Below the pieces are notes generated by a model, which was given only the letters and a program-made list of their open reading frames with translations, did not search any database and was not told where the DNA came from. 64,000 bases of DNA, taken from positions 6,944,001 through 7,008,000 of the forward strand of contig OZ249442.1 in NCBI GenBank assembly GCA_965235115.1, read 5' to 3'. Position 1 is the first letter of the stretch; each line of letters opens with the position of its first letter. The position numbers were made by a program, and so were the translations under genes. This DNA comes from Laetmonice hystrix. Taxonomy: Eukaryota. Below, piece after piece: positions 51,283 to 62,600 of this stretch.

Positions 51283-52074
51283 TACCCCCATTCCACTTAG
51301 GCCGATCGACCCCGATCTGGAGAACGGGAACGATCGTATTTGGAACGGTTTTGAAACGGGGCCAGATCGGGATGATCGTAAATGGAACTCCTTCGATCGT
51401 GGTCGGTCGGGGAGATCGTATAGATCGGGACGGAATTTTGAACATGTTCAAAATTTCGTCCCGATCTATACGATCTGAACGATCTGAACTGATCGTGAAT
51501 ACAGCGTGAATGCAGCGTAGTCCGATCGGAATGATCGTACTTAGAACGGCTTGGTCGTAGTTAGAACGGATTGATCGTGATGACAGCGTCGTTGCAGCGG
51601 GAGGATTATGTTGTCCCGTTTCGACGACGATCGTTACCGATCGGTCCCGCTTCAATGCCGATCCAACCCGGTGTAACGATACTGATGATCGTAGCAAATC
51701 GGGGCCTGTTTATACGGATCACGACCTGAAATCTGCTTTTTAGTCGGGTTAAAGACGGGAATGGAGCGTAGTTACATCGGTTTGGTCGGGAATGAATCAG
51801 TTTTCGATCGGCGGCGATCGGGAATGCAGCGTGGTTACAGCGTACGCAAGCGGAAACACAGCGGCTCCAAACGGCTTCGATCGGGTCTTCAGGGAACCGA
51901 TCTACCCACGATGAGCGTGGTTACAGCGTGTTGATCGTAATCGGAGCGTATTTAAGACGTACTTAGGACGTGGATACAGCGTAGATGACCTTTTTTTGGC
52001 CAAAGTGTCCCGATCGCTCCCGACCTGGGGATCGGGGCCAATCGGGGCCGATCGGCCTAAGTGGAATGGGGGCA
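51283..52074. mobile_element. GATC-rich non-autonomous DNA transposon (MITE), 792 bp
   Basis: TIR of 30+ bp T(A/G)CCCCCATTCCACTTAGGCCGATCG(A/G)CCCCGAT; TA on both flanks; no ORF. Confidence 0.85.
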
Positions 52075-52354
52075 TAAGTTGAAGTGTTTGTATATCTATA
52101 CTTATTGCAGGAACGATCAGTGTATTTTTTTTTACCAAGAAGCCAAGGGAGTAATGTAAAATTAGAACCATAAAATTAGCGGATACTTCAAATTGTCACA
52201 GCTCGCTCACCCATTCTCCTAGTCAGTGAGAATGCAGTAAACAATGCGGTCTTTATGATATGACAAATACTCATGTTTCTGGGCGGGGTGGTACCGGTGT
52301 GCCGACACTGGCAGGTTACTGTGACCAGCACTCCCAATCACCTATACTACTTAC

Positions 52355-52501
52355 AGCTGGCCGCCGCCGAGACCAGGTGCGGCATGCTCCGTGAGCATCA
52401 TACCAATAATGTGCACTAATTGGTGTAGCCGCCGTGCACATATGGCCATGTTTCTGTCAGGGTCACGAGTCAACACAGCACTGAGAATTGTGTGTTGAGA
52501 C
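52355..52501 (-). CDS. Best-supported exon, 147 nt (SQHTILSAVLTRDPDRNMAICARRLHQLVHIIGMMLTEHAAPGLGGGQL)
   Basis: aatgtttcag| acceptor, CT|gtaagt donor, single open frame, helical protein-like sequence. Confidence 0.6.
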
Positions 52502-52629
52502 CTGAAACATTGCTACCCTAGAGACTAGCTAATGTGCGTGATTACCAGCTGATGTCCATCAGGAACATATTCCCGGAGAGTAGGCCTCAAAGGATGCCCA
52601 GTGTCCTGCCATTGTTAGCCATACAGAGA

Positions 52630-53826
52630 TCCTGTCAGTGACTTACAGAGTTGGAGATATCCTTCAAGATATAGATACACGTAGTTGATATTTCCAGTCA
52701 GTGACTTACAGAGTTGGAGATATCCGTCAAGATATAGATAGTGTTTCCAGTCAGTGACTTACAGAGTTGGAGATATCCTTCAAGATATAGATAGTGTTTC
52801 CAGTCAGTGACTTACAGAGTTGGAGATATCCTTCAAGATATAGATAGTGTTTCCAGTCAGTCACTTACAGAGTTGGAGATATCCTTCAAGATATAGATAG
52901 TGTTTCCAGTCAGTGACTTACAGAGTTGGAGATATCCTTCAAGATATAGATAGTGTTTCCAGTCAGTGACTTACAGAGTTGGAGATATCCGTCAAGATAT
53001 AGACAGTGTTTCCAGTCAGTGACTTACAGAGTTGGAGATATCCGTCAAGATATAGATAGTGTTTCCAGTCAGTGACCTGGGGAGTTGGAGATATCCTTCA
53101 AGATATAGATAGTGTTTCCAGTCAGTGACTTACAGACTTGGAGATATCCTTCAAGATATAGATAGTGTTTCCAGTCAGTGACTTACAGAGTTGGAGATAT
53201 CCTTCAAGATATAGATAGTGTTTCCAGTCAGTGACTTACAGAGTTGGAGATATCCTTCAAGATATAGATAGTGTTTCCAGTCAGTGACTTACAGAGTTGG
53301 AGATATCCTTCAAGATATAGATAGTGTTTCCAGTCAGTGACTTACAGAGTTGGAGATATCCGTCAAGATATAGACAGTGTTTCCAGTCAGTGACTTACAG
53401 AGTTGGAGATATCCGTCAAGATATAGATAGTGTTTCCAGTCAGTGACTTACAGAGTTGGAGATATCCGTCAAGATATAGATAGTGTTTCCAGTCAGTGAC
53501 TTACAGAGTTGGAGATATCCGTCAAGATATAGATAGTGTTTCCAGTCAGTGACTTACAGAGTTGGAGATATCCGTCAAGATATAGACAGTGTTTCCAGTC
53601 AGTGACTTACAGAGTTGGAGATATCCGTCAAGATATAGATAGTGTTTCCAGTCAGTGACTTACAGAGTTGGAGATATCCGCCAAGCTATAGATAGTTGAT
53701 ATTTGCAGTCAGTGACTTACAGAGTTGGAGATATCCTTCAAGATATAGATAGTGTTTCCAGTCAGTGACTTACAGAGTTGGAGATATCCGTCAAGCTAGA
53801 GATAGTTAATATTTCCAGTCAGTGAT
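52630..53826. repeat. Minisatellite, 53-bp unit (CAGTCAGTGACTTACAGAGTTGGAGATATCCTTCAAGATATAGATAGTGTTTC), ~22 copies
   Basis: Period 53 (52801 to 52854). Confidence 0.97.
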
Positions 53827-54860
53827 CTTTCTCAAGATTATCTCATGTCCTTAACGACTAGCTGATATTGTGAGTGCCTTCCTGACAGTATTCTTGAAAC
53901 TAGCCCGTGTCCATTAAAGGATAGTTTATATTCTTAGTATACTTTACCTGGGGATTATAGCTAGAGGGGCGGCCCGTGTCCATGAAAGCCTAGTTGTTCA
54001 TGGTCATCGTGTTGTGATGTTTCCAGAAACTGAATCATGTTTGGCCGGATTAGTTGAGGTCCTTGCAATGTTTTCATGTAAAGATTAATGTAATTTTATT
54101 TTCAGTGCTAGTAGCAGTACTAATCGGATCTATTGTTAAATACTCCAGTGAACGCTACATGTTCTCGCATTATACATCTCGAGAAAAGACCAAAACGCTC
54201 CTAAAGTTGTTCATTCTTTCAAATTCATGCAGGTATTCTAGAAACATCTGGAAAAGATTTGCGAATATAAAAAAGTCTTCCCATTATCTACTTATGATAA
54301 AGAGATTGTAGCTGAAGGGAGAGGCCGTTTTGGGTAAATCGCTTGCCGATAAAAATGTCTTGCGAATTTAGGATTTGTGAAAGTATATTGTTTTGTGCTA
54401 TTCCACCAGTTTTCACACCAAAAATTGATAAAAAAAGTGGTCATTTGATGAACCAATAAATCTGGTGGGGTTATTTTTCAAGATGAGATTGTGAATGGAG
54501 TGTGTAATAATACACCGCGTTCTGTACACCATCGAGTTTGATACAGCTTCTCCTCGACTGTCGCTCATGAATAGTCGAAGGTCAAACAGATTGTTTCCGT
54601 TGTCAGACACACTGTTGGATGGTGGAAAGTCTTTTAACCTCTGAATTTTGACAGATGTAGATCAATTATGTAGATTTAAACATATTACGTTACAAGTTGT
54701 ATCCATGACGATAGCATTATCCCCCCTCACTCCACCACACACACACACAAGCCACCTAAAATGTCTTTGGAAAAATAACCACTTCACAGGAAACGTATTT
54801 AAAAATGTGTACCAGGACACAAGCAAAACTCCGGAGCAAACAGACTGATGCAGGGGCGCG

Positions 54861-54995
54861 GTAGTAGTCGTAGCAGCAGCAACAGCAACAGCAACAACAA
54901 CAACAACAGCAGCAGCAGCAACACCAGCACTAGCAGCAACAGCAGTAGCAACAGCAATAGTAGCAAAAGCAGCAGGAGCAGCAGCAGCACCAATA
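54861..54995. repeat. Imperfect (CAG/CAA/TAG)n trinucleotide tract
   Basis: Seen directly; the poly-Gln frame is interrupted by TAG. Confidence 0.9.
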
Positions 54996-55065
54996 GTCCA
55001 CTCCAGGAGCGAGTTGTTCGGCAGCTGGTCAGGGGCTGTCCCCCAGGAAGCTGGGAATAGATGCT

Positions 55066-58000
55066 GAGACGGAGAGGCCAGTGGTGGGGAAGTGACAGGT
55101 GATGGGGACGGAAGGTTGGGACCACCAGACGGAGAGGACAGTGTTGTGGAAGTGACAGGTGATGGGGACGGAAGGTTGGGACCACCAGACGGAGAGGACA
55201 GTGTTGTGGAAGGGACAGGTGATGGGGACGGAAGGTTGGGACCACCAGACGGAGAGGACAGTGTTGTGGAAGGGACAGGTGATGGGGACGGAAGGTTGGG
55301 ACCACCAGACGGAGAGGACAGTGTTGTGGAAGGGACAGGTGATGGGGACGGAAGGTTGGGACCACCAGACGGAGAGGACAGTGTTGTGGAAGTGACAGGT
55401 GATGGGGACGGAAGGTTGGGACCACCAGACGGAGAGGACAGTGTTGTGGAAGTGACAGGTGATGGGGACGGAAGGTTGGGACCACCAGACGGAGAGGACA
55501 GTGTTGTGGAAGGGACAGGTGATGGGGACGGAAGGTTGGGACCACCAGACGGAGAGGACAGTGTTGTGGAAGGGACAGGTGATGGGGACGGAAGGTTGGG
55601 ACCACCAGACGGAGAGGACAGTGTTGTGGAAGGGACAGGTGATGGGGACGGAAGGTTGGGACCACCAGACGGAGAGGACAGTGTTGTGGAAGTGACAGGT
55701 GATGGGGACGGAAGGTTGGGACCACCAGACGGAGAGGACAGTGTTGTGGAAGTGACAGGTGATGGGGACGGAAGGTTGGGACCACCAGACGGAGAGGACA
55801 GTGTTGTGGAAGGGACAGGTGATGGGGACGGAAGGTTGGGACCACCAGACGGAGAGTACAGTATTGTGGAAGTGACAGGTGATGGGGACGGAAGGTTGGG
55901 ACCACCAGACGGAGAGGACAGTGTTGTGGAAGTGACAGGTGATGGGGACGGAAGGTTGGGACCACCAGACGGAGAGGACAGTGTTGTGGAAGTGACAGGT
56001 GATGGGGACGGAAGGTTGGGACCACCAGACGGAGAGGACAGTGTTGTGGAAGTGACAGGTGATGGGGACGGAAGGTTGGGACCACCAGACGGAGAGGACA
56101 GTGTTGTGGAAGTGACAGGTGATGGGGACGGAAGGTTGGGACCACCAGACGGAGAGGACAGTGTTGTGGAAGTGACAGGTGATGGGGACGGAAGGTTGGG
56201 ACCACCAGACGGAGAGGACAGTGTTGTGGAAGTGACAGGTGATGGGGACGGAAGGTTGGGACCACCAGACGGAGAGGACAGTGTTGTGGAAGTGACAGGT
56301 GATGGGGACGGAAGGTTGGGACCACCAGACGGAGAGGACAGTGTTGGGGAAGTGACAGGTGATGGGGACGGAAGGTTGGGACCACCAGACGGAGAGGACA
56401 GTGTTGTGGAAGTGACAGGTGATGGGGACGGAAGGTTGGGACCACCAGACGGAGAGGACAGTGTTGTGGAAGTGACAGGTGATGGGGACGGAAGGTTGGG
56501 ACCACCAGACGGAGAGGACAGTGTTGTGGAAGTGACAGGTGATGGGAAGGGAAGGTTGGGACCACCAGACGGAGAGGACAGTGTTGTGGAAGTGACAGGT
56601 GATGGGGACGGAAGGTTGGGACCACCAGACGGAGAGTACAGTGTTGTGGAAGTGACAGGTGATGGGGACGGAAGGTTGGGACCACCAGACGGAGAGGACA
56701 GTGTTGTGGAAGTGACAGGTGATGGGGACGGAAGGTTGGGACCACCAGACGGAGAGGACAGTGTTGTGGAAGTGACAGGTGATGGGAAGGGAAGGTTGGG
56801 ACCACCAGACGGAGAGGACAGTGTTGGGGAAGTGACAGGTGATGGGGACGGAAGGTTGGGACCACCAGACGGAGAGGACAGTGTTGTGGAAGTGACAGGT
56901 GATGGGGACGGAAGGTTGGGACCACCAGACGGAGAGGACAGTGTTGGGGAAGTGACAGGTGATGGGGACGGAAGGTTGGGACCACCAGACGGAGAGGACA
57001 GTGTTGTGGAAGTGACAGGTGATGGGAAGGGAAGGTTGGGACCACCAGACGGAGAGGACAGTGTTGTGGAAGTGACAGGTGATGGGGACGGAAGGTTGGG
57101 ACCACCAGACGGAGAGGACAGTGTTGGGGAAGTGACAGGTGATGGGGACGGAAGGTTGGGACCACCAGACGGAGAGGACAGTGTTGTGGAAGTGACAGGT
57201 GATGGGGACGGAAGGTTGGGACCACCAGACGGAAAGGACAGTGTTGGGGAAGTGACAGGTGATGGGGACGGAAGGTTGGGACCACCAGACGGAGAGGACA
57301 GTGTTGGGGAAGTGACAGGTGATGGGGACGAAAGGTTGGGACCACCAGACGGAAAGGACAGTGTTGTGGAAGTGACAGGTGATGGGGACGGAAGGTTGAG
57401 ACCACCAGACGGAGAGGACAGTGTTGTGGAAGTGACAGGTGATGGGGACGGAAGGTTGGGACCACCAGACGGAGAGGACAGTGTTGTGGAAGTGACAGGT
57501 GATGGGGACGGAAGGTTGGGACCACCAGACGGAGAGGACAGTGTTGGGGAAGTGACAGGTGATGGGGACGGAAGAATGGGACCACCAGACGGAGAGTACA
57601 GTGTTGTGGAAGTGACAGGTGATGGGGACGGAAGGGTGGGACCACCAGACGGAGAGGACAGTGTTGTGGAAGTGACAGGTGATGGGGACGGAAGGTTGGG
57701 ACCACCAGACGGAGAGTACAGTGTTGTGGAAGTGACAGGTGATGGGGACGGAAGGTTGGGACCACCATACGGAGAGGACAGTGTTGTGGAAGTGACAGGT
57801 GATGGGGACGGAAGGTTGGGACCACCAGACGGAGAGGACAGTGTTGTGGAAGTGACAGGTGATGGGGACGGAAGGTTGGGACCACCAGACGGAGAGGACA
57901 GTGTTGTGGAAGTGACAGGTGATGGGGACGGAAGGTTGGGACCACCAGACGGAAAGGACAGTGTTGGGGAAGTGACAGGTGATGGGGACGGAAGGTTGGG

Positions 58001-59235
58001 ACCACCAGACGGAGAGGACAGTGTTGTGGAAGGGACAGGTGATGGGGACGGAAGGTTGGGACCACCAGACGGAGAGGACAGTGTTGTGGAAGTGACAGGT
58101 GATGGGGACGGAAGGTTGGGACCACCAGACGGAGAGTACAGTGTTGTGGAAGTGACAGGTGATGGGGACGGAAGGTTGGGACCACCAGACGGAGAGGACA
58201 GTGTTGTGGAAGTGACAGGTGATGGGGACGGAAGGTTGGGACCACCAGACGGAGAGGACAGTGTTGTGGAAGTGACAGGTGATGGGGACGGAAGGTTGGG
58301 ACCACCAGACGGAGAGGACAGTGTTGTGGAAGTGACAGGTGATGGGGACGGAAGGTTGGGACCACCAGACGGAGAGGACAGTGTTGTGGAAGTGACAGGT
58401 GATGGGGACGGAAGGTTGGGACCACCAGACGGAAAGGACAGTGTTGGGGAAGTGACAGGTGATGGGGACGGAAGGTTGGGACCACCAGACGGAGAGGACA
58501 GTGTTGTGGAAGTGACAGGTGATGGGGACGGAAGGTTGGGACCACCAGACGGAGAGGACAGTGTTGTGGAAGTGACATGTGATGGGGACGGAAGGTTGGG
58601 ACCACCAGACGGAAAGGACAGTGTTGGGGAAGTGACAGGTGATGGGGACGGAAGGTTGGGACCACCAGACGGAGAGTACAGTGTTGTGGAAGTGACAGGT
58701 GATGGGAAGGGAAGGTTGGGACCACCAGACGGAGAGTACAGTGTTGTGGAAGTGACAGGTGATGGGGACGGAAGGTTGGGACCACCAGACGGAGAGGACA
58801 GTGTTGGGGAAGTGACAGGTGATGGGAAGGGAAGGTTGGGACCACCAGACGGAGAGGCCAGTGTTGGGGAAGTGACAGGTGATGGGGACGGAAGAATGGG
58901 ACCACCAGACGGAGAGGCCAGTGTTGGGGAAGTGACAGGTGATGGGGACGGAAGGTTGGGACCACCAGACGGAGAGGACAGTGTTGGGGAAGTGACAGGT
59001 GATGGGGACGGAAGGTTGGGACCACCAGACGGAGAGGACAGTGTTGGGGAAGTGACAGGTGATGGGGACGGAAGGTTGGGACCACCAGACGGAGAGGACA
59101 GTGTTGAGGAAGTGACAGGTGATGGGGACGGAAGAATGGGACCACCAGACGGAGAGGACAGTGTTGGGGAAGTGACAGGGATGACAGTGTTGGGGAAGTG
59201 ACAGGTGCTGGGGACGGAAGAATGGGACCACCAGG
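55066..59235. repeat. Minisatellite, 60-bp unit (GTGTTGTGGAAGTGACAGGTGATGGGGACGGAAGGTTGGGACCACCAGACGGAGAGGACA), ~69 copies
   Basis: Every 60-nt line from 55081 to 59160 is in register. Confidence 0.98.
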
Positions 59236-59270
59236 TTTCTGGTTGGTTTCTTCCTGATGGTATTTGTTAC

Positions 59271-59331
59271 CTGTACTTGAAGCAGCTCGGCGCGGGGTAT
59301 ACCTACCAGCAAACCGATACTATACGGCGAC
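59271..59331 (-). CDS. Candidate exon, 61 nt (SPYSIGLLVGIPRAELLQVQ)
   Basis: tttgttcctccgtcacag| acceptor, CAG|gtaaca donor, single open frame. Confidence 0.5.
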
Positions 59332-59684
59332 CTGTGACGGAGGAACAAACAATGTTTATCAGACTTTGAACCTCAGGCTCGTCTCCTTCAACCCCAGTTT
59401 GAAGGTAGAAACTTGGTGAGGTCTTTCGAAAATTGGACAAAGGTATACCGCTGTCCAGGCAGAACCATGAGACAGTTCACGTCAACCATATCCCCGGTAC
59501 CATACACAACATAGGGAGAAAACGGCTACATCAGGAGTAGATCGCGGGGGGGGGGGGGGGGGGGGCTTTCGAAGCCGATTTCATACCTAATACAATTTCC
59601 AGACTTGGCTCCTCTTTGCCCCCTAATTCCCCCCCCCCCCGAGGCCCCACCGCCCCCTCCACACATATGGACCTATATCCTGGC

Positions 59685-62600
59685 TCCTAGATGTGACTGT
59701 TCAGAGGCGATGTGTGGGACTGGGGACCGAGAGATCCTAGATGTGACTGTTGACAGGCAATGTGTGGGACTGGGGACCAGGAGATCCTAGATGTGACTGT
59801 TGAGAGGCAATGTGTGGGACTGGGGACCGAGAGATCCTATGTGACTGTTGAGAGGCGATGTGTGGGACTGGGGACCAAGAGATCCTAGATGTGACGGTTG
59901 AGAGGCGATGTGTGGGACTGGGGACCAAGAGATCCTAGATGTGACTGTTGCGAGGCAATGTGTGGGACTGGGGACCAAGAGATCCTACATGTGACTGTTG
60001 AGAGGCGATGTGTGGGACTGGGGACCAAGAGATCCTAGATGTGACGGTTGAGAGGCGATGTGTGGGACTGGGGACCGAGAGATCCTAGATGTGACTGTTG
60101 CGAGGCAATGTGTGGGACTGGGGACCAAGAGATCCTAGATGTGACTGTTGAGAGGCAATGTGTGGGACTGGGGACCAAGAGATCCTAGATTTGACTGTTG
60201 AGAGGCAATGTGTGGGACTGGGGACCAAGAGATCCTAGATGTGACTGTTGAGAGGCAATGTGTGGGACTGGGGACCAAGAGATCCTAGATTTGACTGTTG
60301 AGAGGCAATGTGTGGGACTGGGGACCAGGAGATCCAGGATGTGACTGTTGAGAGGCAATGTGTGGGACTGGGGAACAAGAGATCCTAGATGTGACTGTTG
60401 CGAGGCAATGTGTGGGACTGGGGACCAAGAGATCCTAGATGTGACTGTTGAGAGGCAATGTGTGGGACTGGGGACCAAGAGATCCTAGATTTGACTGTTG
60501 AGAGGCAATGTGTGGGACTGGGGACCAAGAGATCCTAGATGTGACTGTTGAGAGGCAATGTGTGGGACTGGGGACCAAGAGATCCTAGATTTGACTGTTG
60601 AGAGGCAATGTGTGGGACTGGGGACCAGGAGATCCAGGATGTGACTGTTGAGAGGCAATGTGTGGGACTGGGGACCAAGAGATCCTAGATGTGACTGTTG
60701 AGAGGCAATGTGTGGGACTGGGGACCAAGAGATCCTAGATGTGACTGTTGAGAGGCAATGTGTGGGACTGGGGACCAAGAGATCCTAGATTTGACTGTTG
60801 AGAGGCAATGTGTGGGACTGGGGACCAGGAGATCCAGGATGTGACTGTTGAGAGGCAATGTGTGGGACTGGGGACCAAGAGATCCTAGATGTGACTGTTG
60901 AGAGGCAATGTGTGGGACTGGGGACCAAGAGATCCTAGATGTGACTGTTGAGAGGCAATGTGTGGGACTGGGGACCAGGAGATCCAGGATGTGACTGTTG
61001 AGAGGCAATGTGTCGGACTGGGGACCAAGAGATCCTAGATGTGACTGTTGAGAGGCAATGTGTGGGACTGGGGACCAAGAGATCCTAGATGTGACTGTTG
61101 AGAGGCAATGTGTGGGACTGGGGGCCAGGAGATCCTAGATGTGACTGTTGAGAGGCAATGTGTGGGACTGGGGACCGAGAGATCCTAGATGTGACTGTTG
61201 AGAGGCAATGTGTCGGACTGGGGACCAAGAGATCCTAGATGTGACTGTTAAGAGGTAATGTGTGTGACTGGGGACCAAGAGATCCTAGATGTGACTGTTG
61301 AGAGGCAATGTGTCGGACTGGGGACCGAGAGATCCTAGATGTGACTGTTGAGAGGTAATGTGTGTGACTGGGGACCAAGAGATCCTAGATGTGACTGTTG
61401 AGAGGTAATGTGTGTGACTGGGGACCAAGAGATCCTAGATGTGACTGTTGAGAGGCAATGTGTGGGACTGGGGACCAAGAGATCCTAGATGTGACTGTTG
61501 AGAGGTAATGTGTGTGACTGGGGACCAAGAGATCCTAGATGTGACTGTTGAGAGGCAATGTGTGGGACTGGGGACCAAGAGATCCTAGATGTGACTGTTG
61601 AGAGGCAATGTGTGGGACTGGGGACCGAGAGATCCTAGATGTGACTGTTGAGAGGCAATGTGTGGGACTGGGGACCGAGCGATCCTATAGATGTGACTGT
61701 TGAGAGGCAATGTGTGGGACTGGGGACCAAGAGATCCTAGATGTGACTGTTGAGAGGCGATGTGTGGGACTGGGGACCAGGAGATCCTAGATGTGACTGT
61801 TGAGAGGCAATGTGTGGGACTGGGGACCAAGCGATCCTATAGATGTGACTGTTGAGAGGCAATGTGTGGGACTGGGGACCAAGAGATCCTAGATGTGACT
61901 GTTGAGAGGCAATGTGTGGGACTGGGACCAGGAGATCCTAGATGTGACTGTTGAGAGGCAATGTTTGGGACTGGGGACCAGGAGATCCTAGATGTGACTG
62001 TTGAGAGGCAATGTGTGGGACTGGGGACCGAGAGATCCTAGATGTGATTGTTGAGAGGCAATGTGTGGGACTGGGGACCAAGAGATCCTAGATGTGACTG
62101 TTGAGAGGCAATGTGTGGGACTGGGGCCAGGAGATCCTAGATGTGACTGTTGAGAGGCAATGTGTGGGACTGGGGACCGAGAGATCCTAGATGTGACTGT
62201 TGAGAGGCAATGTGTCGGACTGGGGACCAAGAGATCCTAGATGTGACTGTTGAGAGGCAATGTGTGTGACTGGGGACCAAGAGATCCTAGATGTGACTGT
62301 TGAGAGGCAATGTGTCGGACTGGGGACCGAGAGATCCTAGATGTGACTGTTGAGAGGTAATGTGTGTGACTGGGGACCAAGAGATCCTAGATGTGACTGT
62401 TGAGAGGTAATGTGTGTGACTGGGGACCAAGAGATCCTAGATGTGACTGTTGAGAGGCAATGTGTGGGACTGGGGACCAAGAGATCCTAGATGTGACTGT
62501 TGAGAGGCAATGTTTCGGACTGGGGACCGAGCGATCCTATAGATGTGACTGTTGAGAGGCAATGTGTGGGACTGGGACCAGGAGATCCTAGATGTGACTG

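Noticed and set aside
21277-52501. Resemblance of some exon peptides to FANCA (AFxxxRQA at 43.5 kb, ESPRYL at 21.3 kb, HTxxxxLTxxP at 52.5 kb)
   Set aside because: Recalled from memory, very short, and spacing and intervening sequence do not fit; no gene symbol assigned.
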